Shown one piece after another: positions 47,728-58,131 of a stretch of 64,000 nt of DNA. This DNA comes from Bacilli bacterium (GTDB lineage: Bacteria > Bacillota_I > Bacilli_A > RFN20 > CAG-826). The position numbers and the translations under genes were made by a program. The first letter of the stretch is position 1. Every line of letters begins with the position of its first letter. The stretch spans positions 68,912 to 132,911 of the forward strand of contig JAZQOV010000011.1 of NCBI GenBank assembly GCA_045628045.1, given 5' to 3'. Below the pieces are notes generated by a model, which was given only the letters and a program-made list of their open reading frames with translations, made no database searches and had not been told where the DNA came from.

Positions 47728-48789
47728 TTTTTCATCAAAAATTTCCAAAGCCTTTATTAAGTTATGGCCTAGTAAATTTAGGCCATTAATAGAATAAGGC
47801 TTTTTGTTTTCACCAAAATAAGGAATTTCTAAAATTAAACCGAGTTTTACATTTTGTTTTGTGAAAAACGAACGTCCATTTGCAGAAGGCAAGTTCCAAG
47901 ATTTCAAATATTCAATATTGTGCTGCTGAGAGTATGGAATCTCGCAATTATTCTCTGTTTTCTCAAGTATCTTTGAAAAAATATGCTGATTCTTAGTTAA
48001 TTTTTCATCCCCTTCTATAATGGATAAAAAATCGTGAATTGTGCCCCATTTGCCAGGACAATGTAAATCAAGAAAATATGCTAAGTTATTTGTGTATGTA
48101 CTTTTTATATATCTAATTGATGAATAAATAGGCTCGTCAATATAGTCTCTATTGTGATCATGCGGAGCTCTTGATTTTCCTTGATCTCCGTCCTCAACTC
48201 CATCTAAATCAACAAACGGAATTATTGAAATTAAGTACTTTTCTTTTAATTTCGAATTTTTAAGTTCCTCGATTGCTCCTTCTAGAACATAGGAAGCAGA
48301 TGCTTCACAAGCGTGATGTCTGCAAGTTAACGATAAAATTTTTCCTTTTGGATTTCCGAATGTATAAACGTATTGGTTTCTGTTTTTTAAAGTATTTTCT
48401 GGCATTTGTTTCTTTGATAAAAAATTAATATTTTTTAGAAACAAATCAAAATTTGTAGAGGTATACGGATAAGAAAAAGCAAAATATTTTTCATCCCCTT
48501 CTTTTAAGTAATACTTAAATGTGGCCCCATCAATATAAACGTTATCTTCGAAGTAATAATGAATTCCGTCATCAGAAATCGCTGGTCCGAATTTTGATAT
48601 TACATCTCTATTGCAAAAATGGAAGGTGTAGAGGCCGGTTTTGCATGCCTTTACTTTAAAAGAAAAATAAAACCACCATTCTGTTGTATCTCTAATTTCT
48701 TGTTCTAAAAATACATCGAAATTTTCAATACTTAATATATTTATATTACCACCAGGTATTTTATTAGTAATAATTATATTGTTTTTCAT
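47716..48789 (-). CDS. putative M14-like zinc carboxypeptidase/amidase family protein
   Basis: HxxE (HHACE) early and DLH later. Weak family-level call. Confidence 0.3.
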   Translation of the reverse strand: MKNNIIITNKIPGGNINILSIENFDVFLEQEIRDTTEWWFYFSFKVKACKTGLYTFHFCNRDVISKFGPAISDDGIHYYFEDNVYIDGATFKYYLKEGDEKYFAFSYPYTSTNFDLFLKNINFLSKKQMPENTLKNRNQYVYTFGNPKGKILSLTCRHHACEASASYVLEGAIEELKNSKLKEKYLISIIPFVDLDGVEDGDQGKSRAPHDHNRDYIDEPIYSSIRYIKSTYTNNLAYFLDLHCPGKWGTIHDFLSIIEGDEKLTKNQHIFSKILEKTENNCEIPYSQQHNIEYLKSWNLPSANGRSFFTKQNVKLGLILEIPYFGENKKPYSINGLNLLGHNLIKALEIFDEKLTN

Positions 48790-48970
48790 GAATAAAATTA
48801 TATCATTTTTTATTAAATTTAAATATAAAAGAAAATGTATGCAACTATAATAAATATTTTATTCTTTATTCTATATAACAAAAAACGGGCTATTTAGGAG
48901 AGCGCTTGCACAAACTATAGACATATGCGTGCCTATGTATGAAAATTTCGTAGAGGAGAAATTGAAAAAA

Positions 48971-51079
48971 ATGAAAAATAAGTTGTTTCTAATTTCTTTA
49001 ATGGCTGGTTCTCTTTCATTGGGTCTTAGCATTTCTAGTTTAACCAATACTCGTGAAGTCAATGCCGAAGATAATAATACATCTTTGGGCTTAGGTGCGG
49101 CCATGTTAGCTTATATTGAAAACGATGGTGGAGCCATCACGTCAAATTCCATGTTTGACTACACAATTGCCGTTGGTTCATTGTCCTCTGGAGTAGGGTC
49201 TACTTTAGGCTCATATCCTGCTTCCTATGTTGTAAGAGGCGGAAATAAGGAACTGGGCGCCGCAACTGCAGATGATTTAAATTATCATACTGACTGGGCT
49301 CTAGGTCGTATGCATTCTCAAAATGATAGCCGAATTCAATGGGTTATCACTGCAAAAGTCCCTGTGACTGTTTCTGTAACAGTTGCTAAAATTTTGTCTT
49401 ACCCAACAACTTCTGAACTTAAATATTATGTATTTGATGGTGCGATTCCGAATGAAGCGTATTGTTCAAATCAGTTAAAACAAAAACATGTTTTATCTTC
49501 TACAATGGATGATGCTTCTTCATTGAACTATTCAACAACTTTGTCTATTGGTCAAAAGTTTGTTGTTGAATGGGGCTATCAATGGAACGGCAAGAGAAAC
49601 ATCAACATTAAGAGTAGTGGATCTGAAATGTTTACCTTAGGTGTTGCAAGATCTGCGTCCAAATCTTTAAGTTACTATAACAAAATGGTTACAGAGGTTT
49701 CAAATAACGAAGGAAACGATATAGAAAACACAAGTTTGCTTCCTATGAAGTCTTATGGTTTTTATCATGGTTCAGTAACTGATTCAAATATTAATAAATT
49801 TGAAACTGTTTCTAACAATTCCTTAAAAACCACAACAGCAACACAAGCTCTTAACTGGAATGCTAAAGTTGATGCCGGAGATAATTTAGTTATTAAATTT
49901 GTTGCTTCTGAAAAATTGTTATTAAATATTACAAGACCAGTAATAGGAACTGATTTTTTAAATAGTACGTTTATTAACTATTGGCACAATAACGAGTTGG
50001 AAAAAACTATTTCATTTGAAGGAAATGTTACCGATCCATCCTTGTTTAATTACTCTCATGTTTTAGAGGCTAATGATGTATTTTATTACGAATTTGGTTC
50101 AACAATAGGAAGTGATAGATGCATGCAAATGACAAGCGGTGGCGATATTAATGAAATGTTACCTAAATTTGAGGCTTTAGGGTTTGCATATGCAGAAACT
50201 GCACCTCATACTTCACATACATTAACCAAAGTTAATGGTCAATCAGCAACATGTGAAAATGACGGTTATTTAGATTATTATGAATGCGATGTTTGCGATG
50301 CTTTATTTGAAGATAGTGAAGGAACATCTCCAATTGTAGATTTAGCTGCTTGGAAACTTGGAGATGGAAAAGAAGAAAAAACCGGACATACTTGGGTTTT
50401 GCAAGAAGGCTTAAAAGAAACTTGTGAAACCGATGGCTATAAAGATTACTATAAGTGTTCTATTTGCGACATGTATGCTGAGGACAGTGCGGGTGTCACC
50501 AAGATTCAAAATCTTGATGAGTGGAAAGCTGGCGATGGGAAAATTTCAAAGCATGCTCACACGATGACTCATCACACTGCTGTTGCACCAACTTGTACAG
50601 AAGACGGAACAGTTGAATATTGGAGTTGCTCAGAATGTGGCAAAAACTATGCTGACGAGGCAGGAACAAGTACTCTCGAATCTATTAGTGTTCCAGCAAT
50701 TGGTCATTCATATACCTTTGTTGAGGAGGTAGCAGCCACTCAAGAATCTACAGGCGTTAAAGCACATTATGTTTGCTCTGCATGTGGAGATTTGTTTATA
50801 GATGGACCTGGCAATTATATCAAAGTCACTTTAGGCGACTTGGAGATACCAAGATTGTCAGTTAACGATACAAATGATGAAAAAGATGAAAATATAGTTA
50901 ATACTGTTATTAACAATGTTAAGGATTTTGCACACAATGCTGTTGATTTTGCTAAAGATAAATATAGTAAATTAAAAGATTTAGCAGGATGCGAAGGCTC
51001 TTTGATAGCATGTTCAGGAATTATTAGTGCTTTTGCTTTGTGTGGTGCAATCGGATTGATTATCCGTAAAAGAAAATAA
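48971..51079 (+). CDS. membrane-anchored surface protein with ~230-aa N-terminal paralog domain and 4 Cys-rich zinc-ribbon-like repeats
   Basis: Signal peptide MKNKLFLISLMAG… starts at 48971; the track's 48929 start lies upstream of it. Repeats TCENDGYLDYYECDVCDALFEDSEG, TCETDGYKDYYKCSICDMYAEDSAG, TCTEDGTVEYWSCSECGKNYADEAG, HYVCSACGDLF. C-terminal TM plus RKRK. Confidence 0.65.
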   Translation: MKNKLFLISLMAGSLSLGLSISSLTNTREVNAEDNNTSLGLGAAMLAYIENDGGAITSNSMFDYTIAVGSLSSGVGSTLGSYPASYVVRGGNKELGAATADDLNYHTDWALGRMHSQNDSRIQWVITAKVPVTVSVTVAKILSYPTTSELKYYVFDGAIPNEAYCSNQLKQKHVLSSTMDDASSLNYSTTLSIGQKFVVEWGYQWNGKRNINIKSSGSEMFTLGVARSASKSLSYYNKMVTEVSNNEGNDIENTSLLPMKSYGFYHGSVTDSNINKFETVSNNSLKTTTATQALNWNAKVDAGDNLVIKFVASEKLLLNITRPVIGTDFLNSTFINYWHNNELEKTISFEGNVTDPSLFNYSHVLEANDVFYYEFGSTIGSDRCMQMTSGGDINEMLPKFEALGFAYAETAPHTSHTLTKVNGQSATCENDGYLDYYECDVCDALFEDSEGTSPIVDLAAWKLGDGKEEKTGHTWVLQEGLKETCETDGYKDYYKCSICDMYAEDSAGVTKIQNLDEWKAGDGKISKHAHTMTHHTAVAPTCTEDGTVEYWSCSECGKNYADEAGTSTLESISVPAIGHSYTFVEEVAATQESTGVKAHYVCSACGDLFIDGPGNYIKVTLGDLEIPRLSVNDTNDEKDENIVNTVINNVKDFAHNAVDFAKDKYSKLKDLAGCEGSLIACSGIISAFALCGAIGLIIRKRK

Positions 51080-51098
51080 AAAAAGTGAGGAGAAAAAA

Positions 51099-52718
51099 AT
51101 GAGAAAATTAAGAAAAATTAGTGTTCTAGTTTTGGGGGCTGCTATGGTTGGTGGCCTTGCCGGCGCCTTTGCTGGTAAGAAAATTCAAACTGTAAAAGCT
51201 GAAGATTCTTGGACTTTACAGGTTGCATATGTCGATGTTTTAAAAAATTACATCGAGGGTGCGAAATTAGGTGATGATTCTTATACCGATACATCAGGAA
51301 GATTTAAGGCCGGAGTTCGTTATGGAAACTTGTATGAAGGAAAATTAGAAAAGTTCTCAAATTGTGCAGGTTTTAAAAGTTCTGGCAATCCTCAGTTCTA
51401 TTATGATGGAACTAGCGCCGCTACCTGTACAGGTTCATGGATGAATAACTGGCAATGTAATCCAAAAGATTCAAATGATTGTATTCTTTTCTTTGAGGCA
51501 GTAAGCCCAATTTCTCTTAGTGTTCCAGAAACAGATCTTGGCGGAACTGTACAACATGCTCAATCATATTTTATAAAAAGAAATGGTGATAATAATTTCT
51601 ATTGTGTTAATTATAAGATTCCAAGTTACAAAGTCTTGGTTCAAGAAAAGATTGTTTTAAATGAAGGTGACACTTTCTATTGGTGCGTTTCAGCCGGGTC
51701 CGACAATTCTGTTATAAATTCAAAATTACCAAAATTCGATTTGTCGAACGATGTTTCAATTTCTTCAATGAGTGTTGATTTCAAGTCATTCAAAAATCAA
51801 TATGCAAAAATTGCAAGTGCTCATCCAGGCGCAAAGATTCTTTCTTCAAATGCCCTATACGTGATTGGTATAAAGTACGGAACAGCCTGGAATAACGCTC
51901 TTAATGAATTTGAAAATATTTCTTCTGACGGCATTTTCTCAAGAAGTGGAAGTGAATCTTCCGGCACAAGAATTAGTGCAGCTGGAACATTATACACAAA
52001 TAATAATATTGGAATTGCATTAACCATTAAACCTTATATTGATTTAGTTTATTCATCAGATTATTTAGCTTTTGGTGGTGCTCCACAATCATGTAATATT
52101 GCGTATGCAATTACAGATGTAAATGGATATTATTACACACTTAAGAATGTTCAATTAACTAAGGATTCTTCTACTTCAGCAACTAACTATGCTTCTGTCA
52201 GTGGTATCGAACCTCTTGTGCTAAAAGCTGGCGAAACATTAACTTGGGAATTTAGATTAACATGGAAAGATGGTTGGGATCATAATATTCAAACACCATT
52301 ACCATGTTTCCATTTGTCAGTTGCTTCAGAAGAAAGTTATGAAGGCTTAGCAAATAGATTTGTATTTATGTATATGAAGTTTGGAACTGTAGGTTCTGAC
52401 GTGAGTGGTGAAGGCAAATGTGTTAGCGAAGGCTGGTATACAACTGCTAAAGCAGAATATGAAAAATTAGCTAATGGAACAAAAACAGAATTTGCTAAAA
52501 ATGCTGCTGCTGTTGCTCGTTTAAAAGCATGGGCTGCTGCTAATGGAGAAGAATTTAATCCTACTGATGGATCATTCGTTTCGCAAGCAAGGTTTGTTTT
52601 ACGCGATTCAGAGCCAAGAAACAACTCCTCAGTTCTAATTATCTCTATTGTTTCAGTCTTATCAATTTCTATTCTCGGATTCTTACTTATTCTTAAGAAG
52701 AGAAAACTAACTAAATAA
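51099..52718 (+). CDS. secreted protein with C-terminal TM anchor
   Basis: Signal peptide (…VLVLGAAMVGGLAGAFA). C-terminal …VLIISIVSVLSISILGFLLILKKRKLTK. Confidence 0.6.
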   Translation: MRKLRKISVLVLGAAMVGGLAGAFAGKKIQTVKAEDSWTLQVAYVDVLKNYIEGAKLGDDSYTDTSGRFKAGVRYGNLYEGKLEKFSNCAGFKSSGNPQFYYDGTSAATCTGSWMNNWQCNPKDSNDCILFFEAVSPISLSVPETDLGGTVQHAQSYFIKRNGDNNFYCVNYKIPSYKVLVQEKIVLNEGDTFYWCVSAGSDNSVINSKLPKFDLSNDVSISSMSVDFKSFKNQYAKIASAHPGAKILSSNALYVIGIKYGTAWNNALNEFENISSDGIFSRSGSESSGTRISAAGTLYTNNNIGIALTIKPYIDLVYSSDYLAFGGAPQSCNIAYAITDVNGYYYTLKNVQLTKDSSTSATNYASVSGIEPLVLKAGETLTWEFRLTWKDGWDHNIQTPLPCFHLSVASEESYEGLANRFVFMYMKFGTVGSDVSGEGKCVSEGWYTTAKAEYEKLANGTKTEFAKNAAAVARLKAWAAANGEEFNPTDGSFVSQARFVLRDSEPRNNSSVLIISIVSVLSISILGFLLILKKRKLTK

Positions 52719-52802
52719 AACATAGTTTCAATGGTTCTATAAAATTTAAGAGAAGTTGAATAGTGATTTCTTAAAATCTTAGTAGAATCACCTAAAATTA
52801 AA

Positions 52803-52834
52803 GGCGGACATATCATGCCCGCCTTTTTGTTTTT
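52803..52834 (+). terminator. intrinsic terminator
   Basis: GGCGGACATATCATGCCCGCC hairpin plus T-run. Confidence 0.6.
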
Positions 52835-53009
52835 GATAAGCGATTTTTTAAACTATCAACTAGTGTTGATAATAAGTCTTCCTTTAAAAAACAAATTTAA
52901 TTTTTAAAAAGTATATAGCAAAAACCGGACCATTTAACTTAATGCTTATTAAATCATTGCATTTAAGTCATTTATAAAAGAAAATTTTGTTAAGAAAGGA
53001 AAACTTAAA

Positions 53010-55760
53010 ATGAAAAATAAATTATTTTTGATTTTTTCAATGGCTGGTTCTCTTTCATTAAGTCTAGGCGCCTCAGGTTTAACTAAAACCAGAGAAGTTA
53101 ATGCCGAAGATAACACTACATCCTTGGGCTTGGGAGCGGCCATGTTAGGTTATATTAATAATGGTGGTAATGCTGTTACATCAAATACTGCGTTTGACTA
53201 CACAATTGCGGTTGGATCTTTGTCCTCTGGAACAGGATCTACTCTAGGTTCATATCCTGCTGCCCATGTTGTAAGAGGCGGAAATAAGGAACTGGGTGCC
53301 GCAACTGCAGATGATTTAAATTATCATACTGACTGGGCTCTAGGTCGTATGCATTCTCAAAATGATAGCCGAATTCAATGGGTTATCACCGCAAAAGCCT
53401 CCGTGGCTGTTTCTGTAACGGTTGCTAAAATTTTGTCTTACCCAACAAATTCTGAACTTAAATATTATGTATTTGATGGTGCGATTCCGAATGAAGCGTA
53501 TTGTTCAAATCAGTTAAAACAGAAAAATGTTTTATCTTCCACAATGGATGATGCTTCTTCATTGAACTATTCAACAACTTTGTCTATTGGTCAAAAGTTT
53601 GTTGTTGAATGGGGCTATCAATGGAGCGGCAAGAGAAACATCAACATTAAGAGTAGCGGAGCAGAGATGTTTACTTTAACTATCGAACCGTCTGCTGCTA
53701 GTTCAACGAATTATTTAAATAAAATGATTGAAAAAGTCTCTAATAATGGCGGCGATGATGTTTCGGAGACAATTTCGTATCCTATTAAATCCTATGGTAT
53801 TTATCATGGCGATGTTTCGAAGGGAACAATTTCAAAATTCACCTCAGTTGCTTCAAATAACATGAGTAGCGGCGATGGAACGACAAATGTACAAAATTGG
53901 AGAGTAACTTTTGCTGCAAATGATAATTTTATTATCAAAATTGTCGCTAATGAGAAAATGCTTTTAACTATTTCAAGATCTGTCCTTGGTACCGAATGGT
54001 TGGATGGTACAACATTTATTAAATATTGGCATAACAACGAATTAGAAAGTAAAGTTTCTTCATCAAACGGATTAAAAGACACAAGTTTATTTTCGTTCAG
54101 CCATGTCTTAAATGAAAATGATGTTTTCTATTATGAACTTGGTTCTACTGGTGATGGACGAAATATTTCAATGCAAAGCGGCGGTGATATTAATACAAGT
54201 TTACCTATTTTTGCTGCTAATGGATTCGCATTTTCTAGTGAAGATTTACATCCATCTCATACTTTGACTAAAGTAGATGGAAAGCCATCCACTTGTGAAG
54301 AAAATGGTTATAAAGATTATTATAAATGTTTTATTTGCGATGCTTTATTCGAAGATGAAAATGGTTTATCTAAGATTACTGATTTTGAAACATGGAAAAC
54401 TACAGATGGCCAAACAGAAAAAAGACACAATTTAATTCATCACCCTGCGGTTGCAGCGACAGCTACATCAGATGGAAATATTGAATATTGGGAATGTGAA
54501 ACATGTGGTACATTTTTCTCCGATTCTTCCGGTGAAAATGCGATTACCGATGTTATAATACCTGCTAATGATGCTGTTACTATCGCATATTCTTCTTATT
54601 TAAGCAAAGCTTTAACAGCAAAGAAAGGTGGCGGCAATGCAGTTGCTGAGTATGATAATGTAGATATCGCATTCAATCATGGTTCACCAAAAAATTATTC
54701 ACTTGTAACTGAAAATAACGATACTTGTTTATATACATCAGGTTCTCTTGGACTTGCCTATTATTGGGGCTGGCAAATTAGATTCCATGGTACTGATGAT
54801 GCTGTTATCAAATATACAGCTAAAAAAGATATTAAGCTTGATATTGGATATATCGCGTCAAATAAAGAGAGCGGAATTACAAACTGGGTTGGCAATAGTT
54901 CAATTAGATTCTATGCCGAATCAGTAAATGGCACTTTAGAATTGCTTAAAACAAGCAAAATTACTTTAAATAATACTGGTGAAACAGGCGACTATGATAT
55001 TTCAGTGCACCTCGCAACAGGTGAGTCTTTATTAATTGATTTATCCACCATTGATGATGAAGTTAATAAAACTATTAGTTACATTCCAGCAGTCACCACC
55101 TCTCAAAGTAAATATGACAGTAGTAAAAAAATTGATTTTGATAGCATTGAAGAATTGAATATGTATAAGAACACTAAATCATCAGGTCTTTATTGGTATT
55201 TCAGTGCATCAAATGGCGCTTACAATATTACGCAAAGCAACATGCTTCTTGAACATTTTACTTATTGTCAAGACGTTTATGTTAAAGCAACTATTGCAAT
55301 TCAAAATGCTAAATCTAAATCAGATGTAGATGCAGTTGTGAATAAATGCAAGACTGATTTAAAGAATGTGTCTGATGCAGCAAAGTTTGTCTTTAACTAT
55401 TTACACATGCGTGATTACGATATTGATTGGAATGATAGTGAAGGCACGAATGCATGTTTAGATTATTATGGTTCTGCAAAAGAAGCATTTAATAGTTTAA
55501 CTAAAGGAGCAGCAGAAGTATTCTGTAAAGATTCACATTTTAGAGAAGCTTATGATCGTTTGTCAAAATGGGCATTGGCTAATGAAAATGTTATTTCTTC
55601 AGATTATTCTATTATTTCATCTTCAAGAATATTAAGAGATGAAGATATTATTAATGGCGAAGCTATTATAATAGTTTCTACTGTATTAAGTGTGTCTGTC
55701 TTATTAGGTTTAATTGTTTTAAAACGAAATATTTGTAGGAGAAATAAAAATGAAAAATAA
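53010..55760 (+). CDS. paralog of 48971-51079: same N-terminal domain, Cys-rich repeats, long divergent C-terminal region, TM anchor
   Basis: Roughly 80% identical over the first ~230 aa (…HTDWALGRMHSQNDSRIQWVITAK…). CEENGYKDYYKCFICDALFEDENG. C-terminal TM plus RRNKNEK. Confidence 0.65.
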   Translation: MKNKLFLIFSMAGSLSLSLGASGLTKTREVNAEDNTTSLGLGAAMLGYINNGGNAVTSNTAFDYTIAVGSLSSGTGSTLGSYPAAHVVRGGNKELGAATADDLNYHTDWALGRMHSQNDSRIQWVITAKASVAVSVTVAKILSYPTNSELKYYVFDGAIPNEAYCSNQLKQKNVLSSTMDDASSLNYSTTLSIGQKFVVEWGYQWSGKRNINIKSSGAEMFTLTIEPSAASSTNYLNKMIEKVSNNGGDDVSETISYPIKSYGIYHGDVSKGTISKFTSVASNNMSSGDGTTNVQNWRVTFAANDNFIIKIVANEKMLLTISRSVLGTEWLDGTTFIKYWHNNELESKVSSSNGLKDTSLFSFSHVLNENDVFYYELGSTGDGRNISMQSGGDINTSLPIFAANGFAFSSEDLHPSHTLTKVDGKPSTCEENGYKDYYKCFICDALFEDENGLSKITDFETWKTTDGQTEKRHNLIHHPAVAATATSDGNIEYWECETCGTFFSDSSGENAITDVIIPANDAVTIAYSSYLSKALTAKKGGGNAVAEYDNVDIAFNHGSPKNYSLVTENNDTCLYTSGSLGLAYYWGWQIRFHGTDDAVIKYTAKKDIKLDIGYIASNKESGITNWVGNSSIRFYAESVNGTLELLKTSKITLNNTGETGDYDISVHLATGESLLIDLSTIDDEVNKTISYIPAVTTSQSKYDSSKKIDFDSIEELNMYKNTKSSGLYWYFSASNGAYNITQSNMLLEHFTYCQDVYVKATIAIQNAKSKSDVDAVVNKCKTDLKNVSDAAKFVFNYLHMRDYDIDWNDSEGTNACLDYYGSAKEAFNSLTKGAAEVFCKDSHFREAYDRLSKWALANENVISSDYSIISSSRILRDEDIINGEAIIIVSTVLSVSVLLGLIVLKRNICRRNKNEK

Positions 55761-57066
55761 TAAATTGTTTTATTTAGTTCTTCCCTTGGTTTTAGGCATG
55801 ACATCATGTGGCATGAAAAAAACTGATGCAACTTTTAATCCGGATAAAGTAACTGAACTCTCGTTTAACGTTGATAAGAACAAACTATATGGTGTTTGTG
55901 ATTTATCATTTGAAGAATATGACTGGAGAGCACAAGGTTCCAAGATTGATTATCATCAATCTCATTTACTTATGAAAAATTTGGGTGCTAATACAGTAAG
56001 ATTTTGGACTCAATTTTATTATTTTATGGAATCTCCAACCTCTTTAAAAGACCCAACGAAATATAGAGAATTAAGAGAAATGTATGAAGATTTAATTGAA
56101 GTAAATCCAAATGTTACTGTAATTGGTATGTCACACACTAGCTATGTTACAAGTGAACAAGGAGCTGCATCTACAAATATTTCTTCTAGCAGCAAACCAA
56201 GAAGAGATTTGACTCCTAATTCTGCTTATATGAAATGGCTTCAAAATTATGAACAAACCTGGTATTCTCTTGTACGAATTTTTCCTGAAATAGAATATTG
56301 GGAAATTGATAACGAAATTAATAATAACGATTTTATGAAACCTCTTGATGGCGGTAAAGACTTTACCACATCTGAAAAAGCAAAAATTGCTGCAGATATG
56401 CTTTTCTTTGGTTCTAGAGGAATTCATAGAGCAAATATAAATGCTAAAACAATTAGTGGCGGAATCATTGTTTTTAATGAAAATGAAACAATTGATTTTG
56501 TTAATGAATTGTATAATGAAATTGCCAGGAATACTTGGGGCACAACAAAATCAAAAGATTTCTTTCAAATTTTTGGTATGCACCCATACATTAACACCAA
56601 CACATGTGTCTTTACTAAGAAGGTTTTTACAGATCGTATGAATGCCATATATGAGGTTGTGAAAGCTCGCGAAGGAAAAGATAAAATTGTATATTGCACT
56701 GAAGTAGGTTTTAATGACTGCTATCTTAATCCAAATACCAAACAAAGACTTGGACAAGAAGGCAGTGCAAGCATGATAAAGGACATGTTTGAAGCAGCAC
56801 TAGAATTGCCATATGTTGAAACTCTTTGTTACTACAAAATGTATGATGTTGAAAATGTTGAAAATCCTGGAGATGGATTAAATCGATACGGTTTATTTGT
56901 TGATCCAATTAATAAACGCCAATATAATGCGGTTTGCGATGGTGGAAACCAAAATTCTTATATCGCCCCTTCACTTGCTTCTCCTAAACCAGGAGCAACT
57001 ATCTTCCAACAATTAACTGGTGGATCTGGCGACTTATACGCTTATGCAAATGCATTAAAGTATTAG
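55750..57066 (+). CDS. lipoprotein, TIM-barrel glycoside-hydrolase-like (GH5-like)
   Basis: Lipobox LGMTSCG. TVRFW and EYWEIDNE (NE acid/base-like) motifs. Confidence 0.4.
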   Translation: MKNNKLFYLVLPLVLGMTSCGMKKTDATFNPDKVTELSFNVDKNKLYGVCDLSFEEYDWRAQGSKIDYHQSHLLMKNLGANTVRFWTQFYYFMESPTSLKDPTKYRELREMYEDLIEVNPNVTVIGMSHTSYVTSEQGAASTNISSSSKPRRDLTPNSAYMKWLQNYEQTWYSLVRIFPEIEYWEIDNEINNNDFMKPLDGGKDFTTSEKAKIAADMLFFGSRGIHRANINAKTISGGIIVFNENETIDFVNELYNEIARNTWGTTKSKDFFQIFGMHPYINTNTCVFTKKVFTDRMNAIYEVVKAREGKDKIVYCTEVGFNDCYLNPNTKQRLGQEGSASMIKDMFEAALELPYVETLCYYKMYDVENVENPGDGLNRYGLFVDPINKRQYNAVCDGGNQNSYIAPSLASPKPGATIFQQLTGGSGDLYAYANALKY

Positions 57067-57085
57067 TAAAATTTTACATTAAAAA

Positions 57086-57113
57086 AACAGCATCGAATCG
57101 ATGCTGTTTTATT
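57086..57113. terminator. bidirectional terminator
   Basis: ACAGCATCGA-a-TCGATGCTGT palindrome plus TTTTATT. A-run upstream. Confidence 0.65.
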
Positions 57114-58092
57114 GACATAAAAATTTAAATAATAAGAATAATAATGGTATAGAGATGACAGAAATAATATTGCTTAATAAAATCGCGCTACTAGCTAGTT
57201 TTGAATCTTTATTATATTGAATTGTTAACATTGAACCGGCTGTTGCGCACGGCATAGAAAGTGTGAAAAATAACACATATTTTATTGTATTATCAATAGG
57301 GAATAACACGACGAGCAATGTTATTGCCGGCATTAAAACGAGTTTTAATCCACTTATTATATAGGCAGATTTATTGTAGAAAATTTCTTTTAAATTTGAT
57401 TCAGCAATTTTCATTCCAATTATCATCATCGAAATTGGTGTAACTAAATTACCAATTGATTCAATTACTCCAATAATTTGATCAACTAAGAGCTTGCAAT
57501 TTTCATTACTTATTTGAAGTTCTTTAAATGGCACTTTAACTGTTAAGAATATTACTAGAGAAAAAACAATTGAAATAATAACAGGATTGAGAGCTATTTT
57601 TTTAAAAGAAATTTGTGACTTATCACCTGTGATGATATAAACACCGATTGTCCATAATAAAATATAAAATACAACAATAATAATTGATGAATACACCATA
57701 ATTTCCCCAAATTGTTCAGTATTCCCAAATATAGAAGTTAGGAAAGGAATTCCCATATATGCACAATTTGAAAATGTTGAGCATAATGCAATAACTCTAT
57801 TTGTGTCTTTTCTTGGTTTAAAAATTAAAATAACAATAAAGAAAAACAATAAATGTATTAATAAAGCTAATCCGGCGGTTATTAAGATGTTTAATCCAAT
57901 TTGCTTTGTAAATGTACACTTCTGAAAACCTAAGAACATTAAGGCCGTTGTGCATACATATAATACGATTGTCGATAAATCTTTAGATATTTTAGGAGAA
58001 ACCAGTTTTGATTTAACAATGATAAATCCAGGCACCATTAAAAGAAGCAAACTTATTACAGAAAATAGAACCCTTAAAAAACTAATATCCAT
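57109..58092 (-). CDS. AEC-family (auxin-efflux-carrier-like) permease
   Basis: 327 aa, about 10 TM in two halves. Confidence 0.6.
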   Translation of the reverse strand: MDISFLRVLFSVISLLLLMVPGFIIVKSKLVSPKISKDLSTIVLYVCTTALMFLGFQKCTFTKQIGLNILITAGLALLIHLLFFFIVILIFKPRKDTNRVIALCSTFSNCAYMGIPFLTSIFGNTEQFGEIMVYSSIIIVVFYILLWTIGVYIITGDKSQISFKKIALNPVIISIVFSLVIFLTVKVPFKELQISNENCKLLVDQIIGVIESIGNLVTPISMMIIGMKIAESNLKEIFYNKSAYIISGLKLVLMPAITLLVVLFPIDNTIKYVLFFTLSMPCATAGSMLTIQYNKDSKLASSAILLSNIISVISIPLLFLLFKFLCQ

Positions 58093-58131
58093 ACAATAAT
58101 TATAATAAAAAGAAAGATGTTTACTACTTTT

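Noticed and set aside
48871-49104. Minus-strand ORFs MAAPKPKDV… (48871-49104 and 52949-53143) that are similar to each other.
   Set aside because: They are antisense to the near-identical 5' ends and leaders of the paralogous surface-protein genes. Their similarity is a by-product of that paralogy, with no RBS or independent support.
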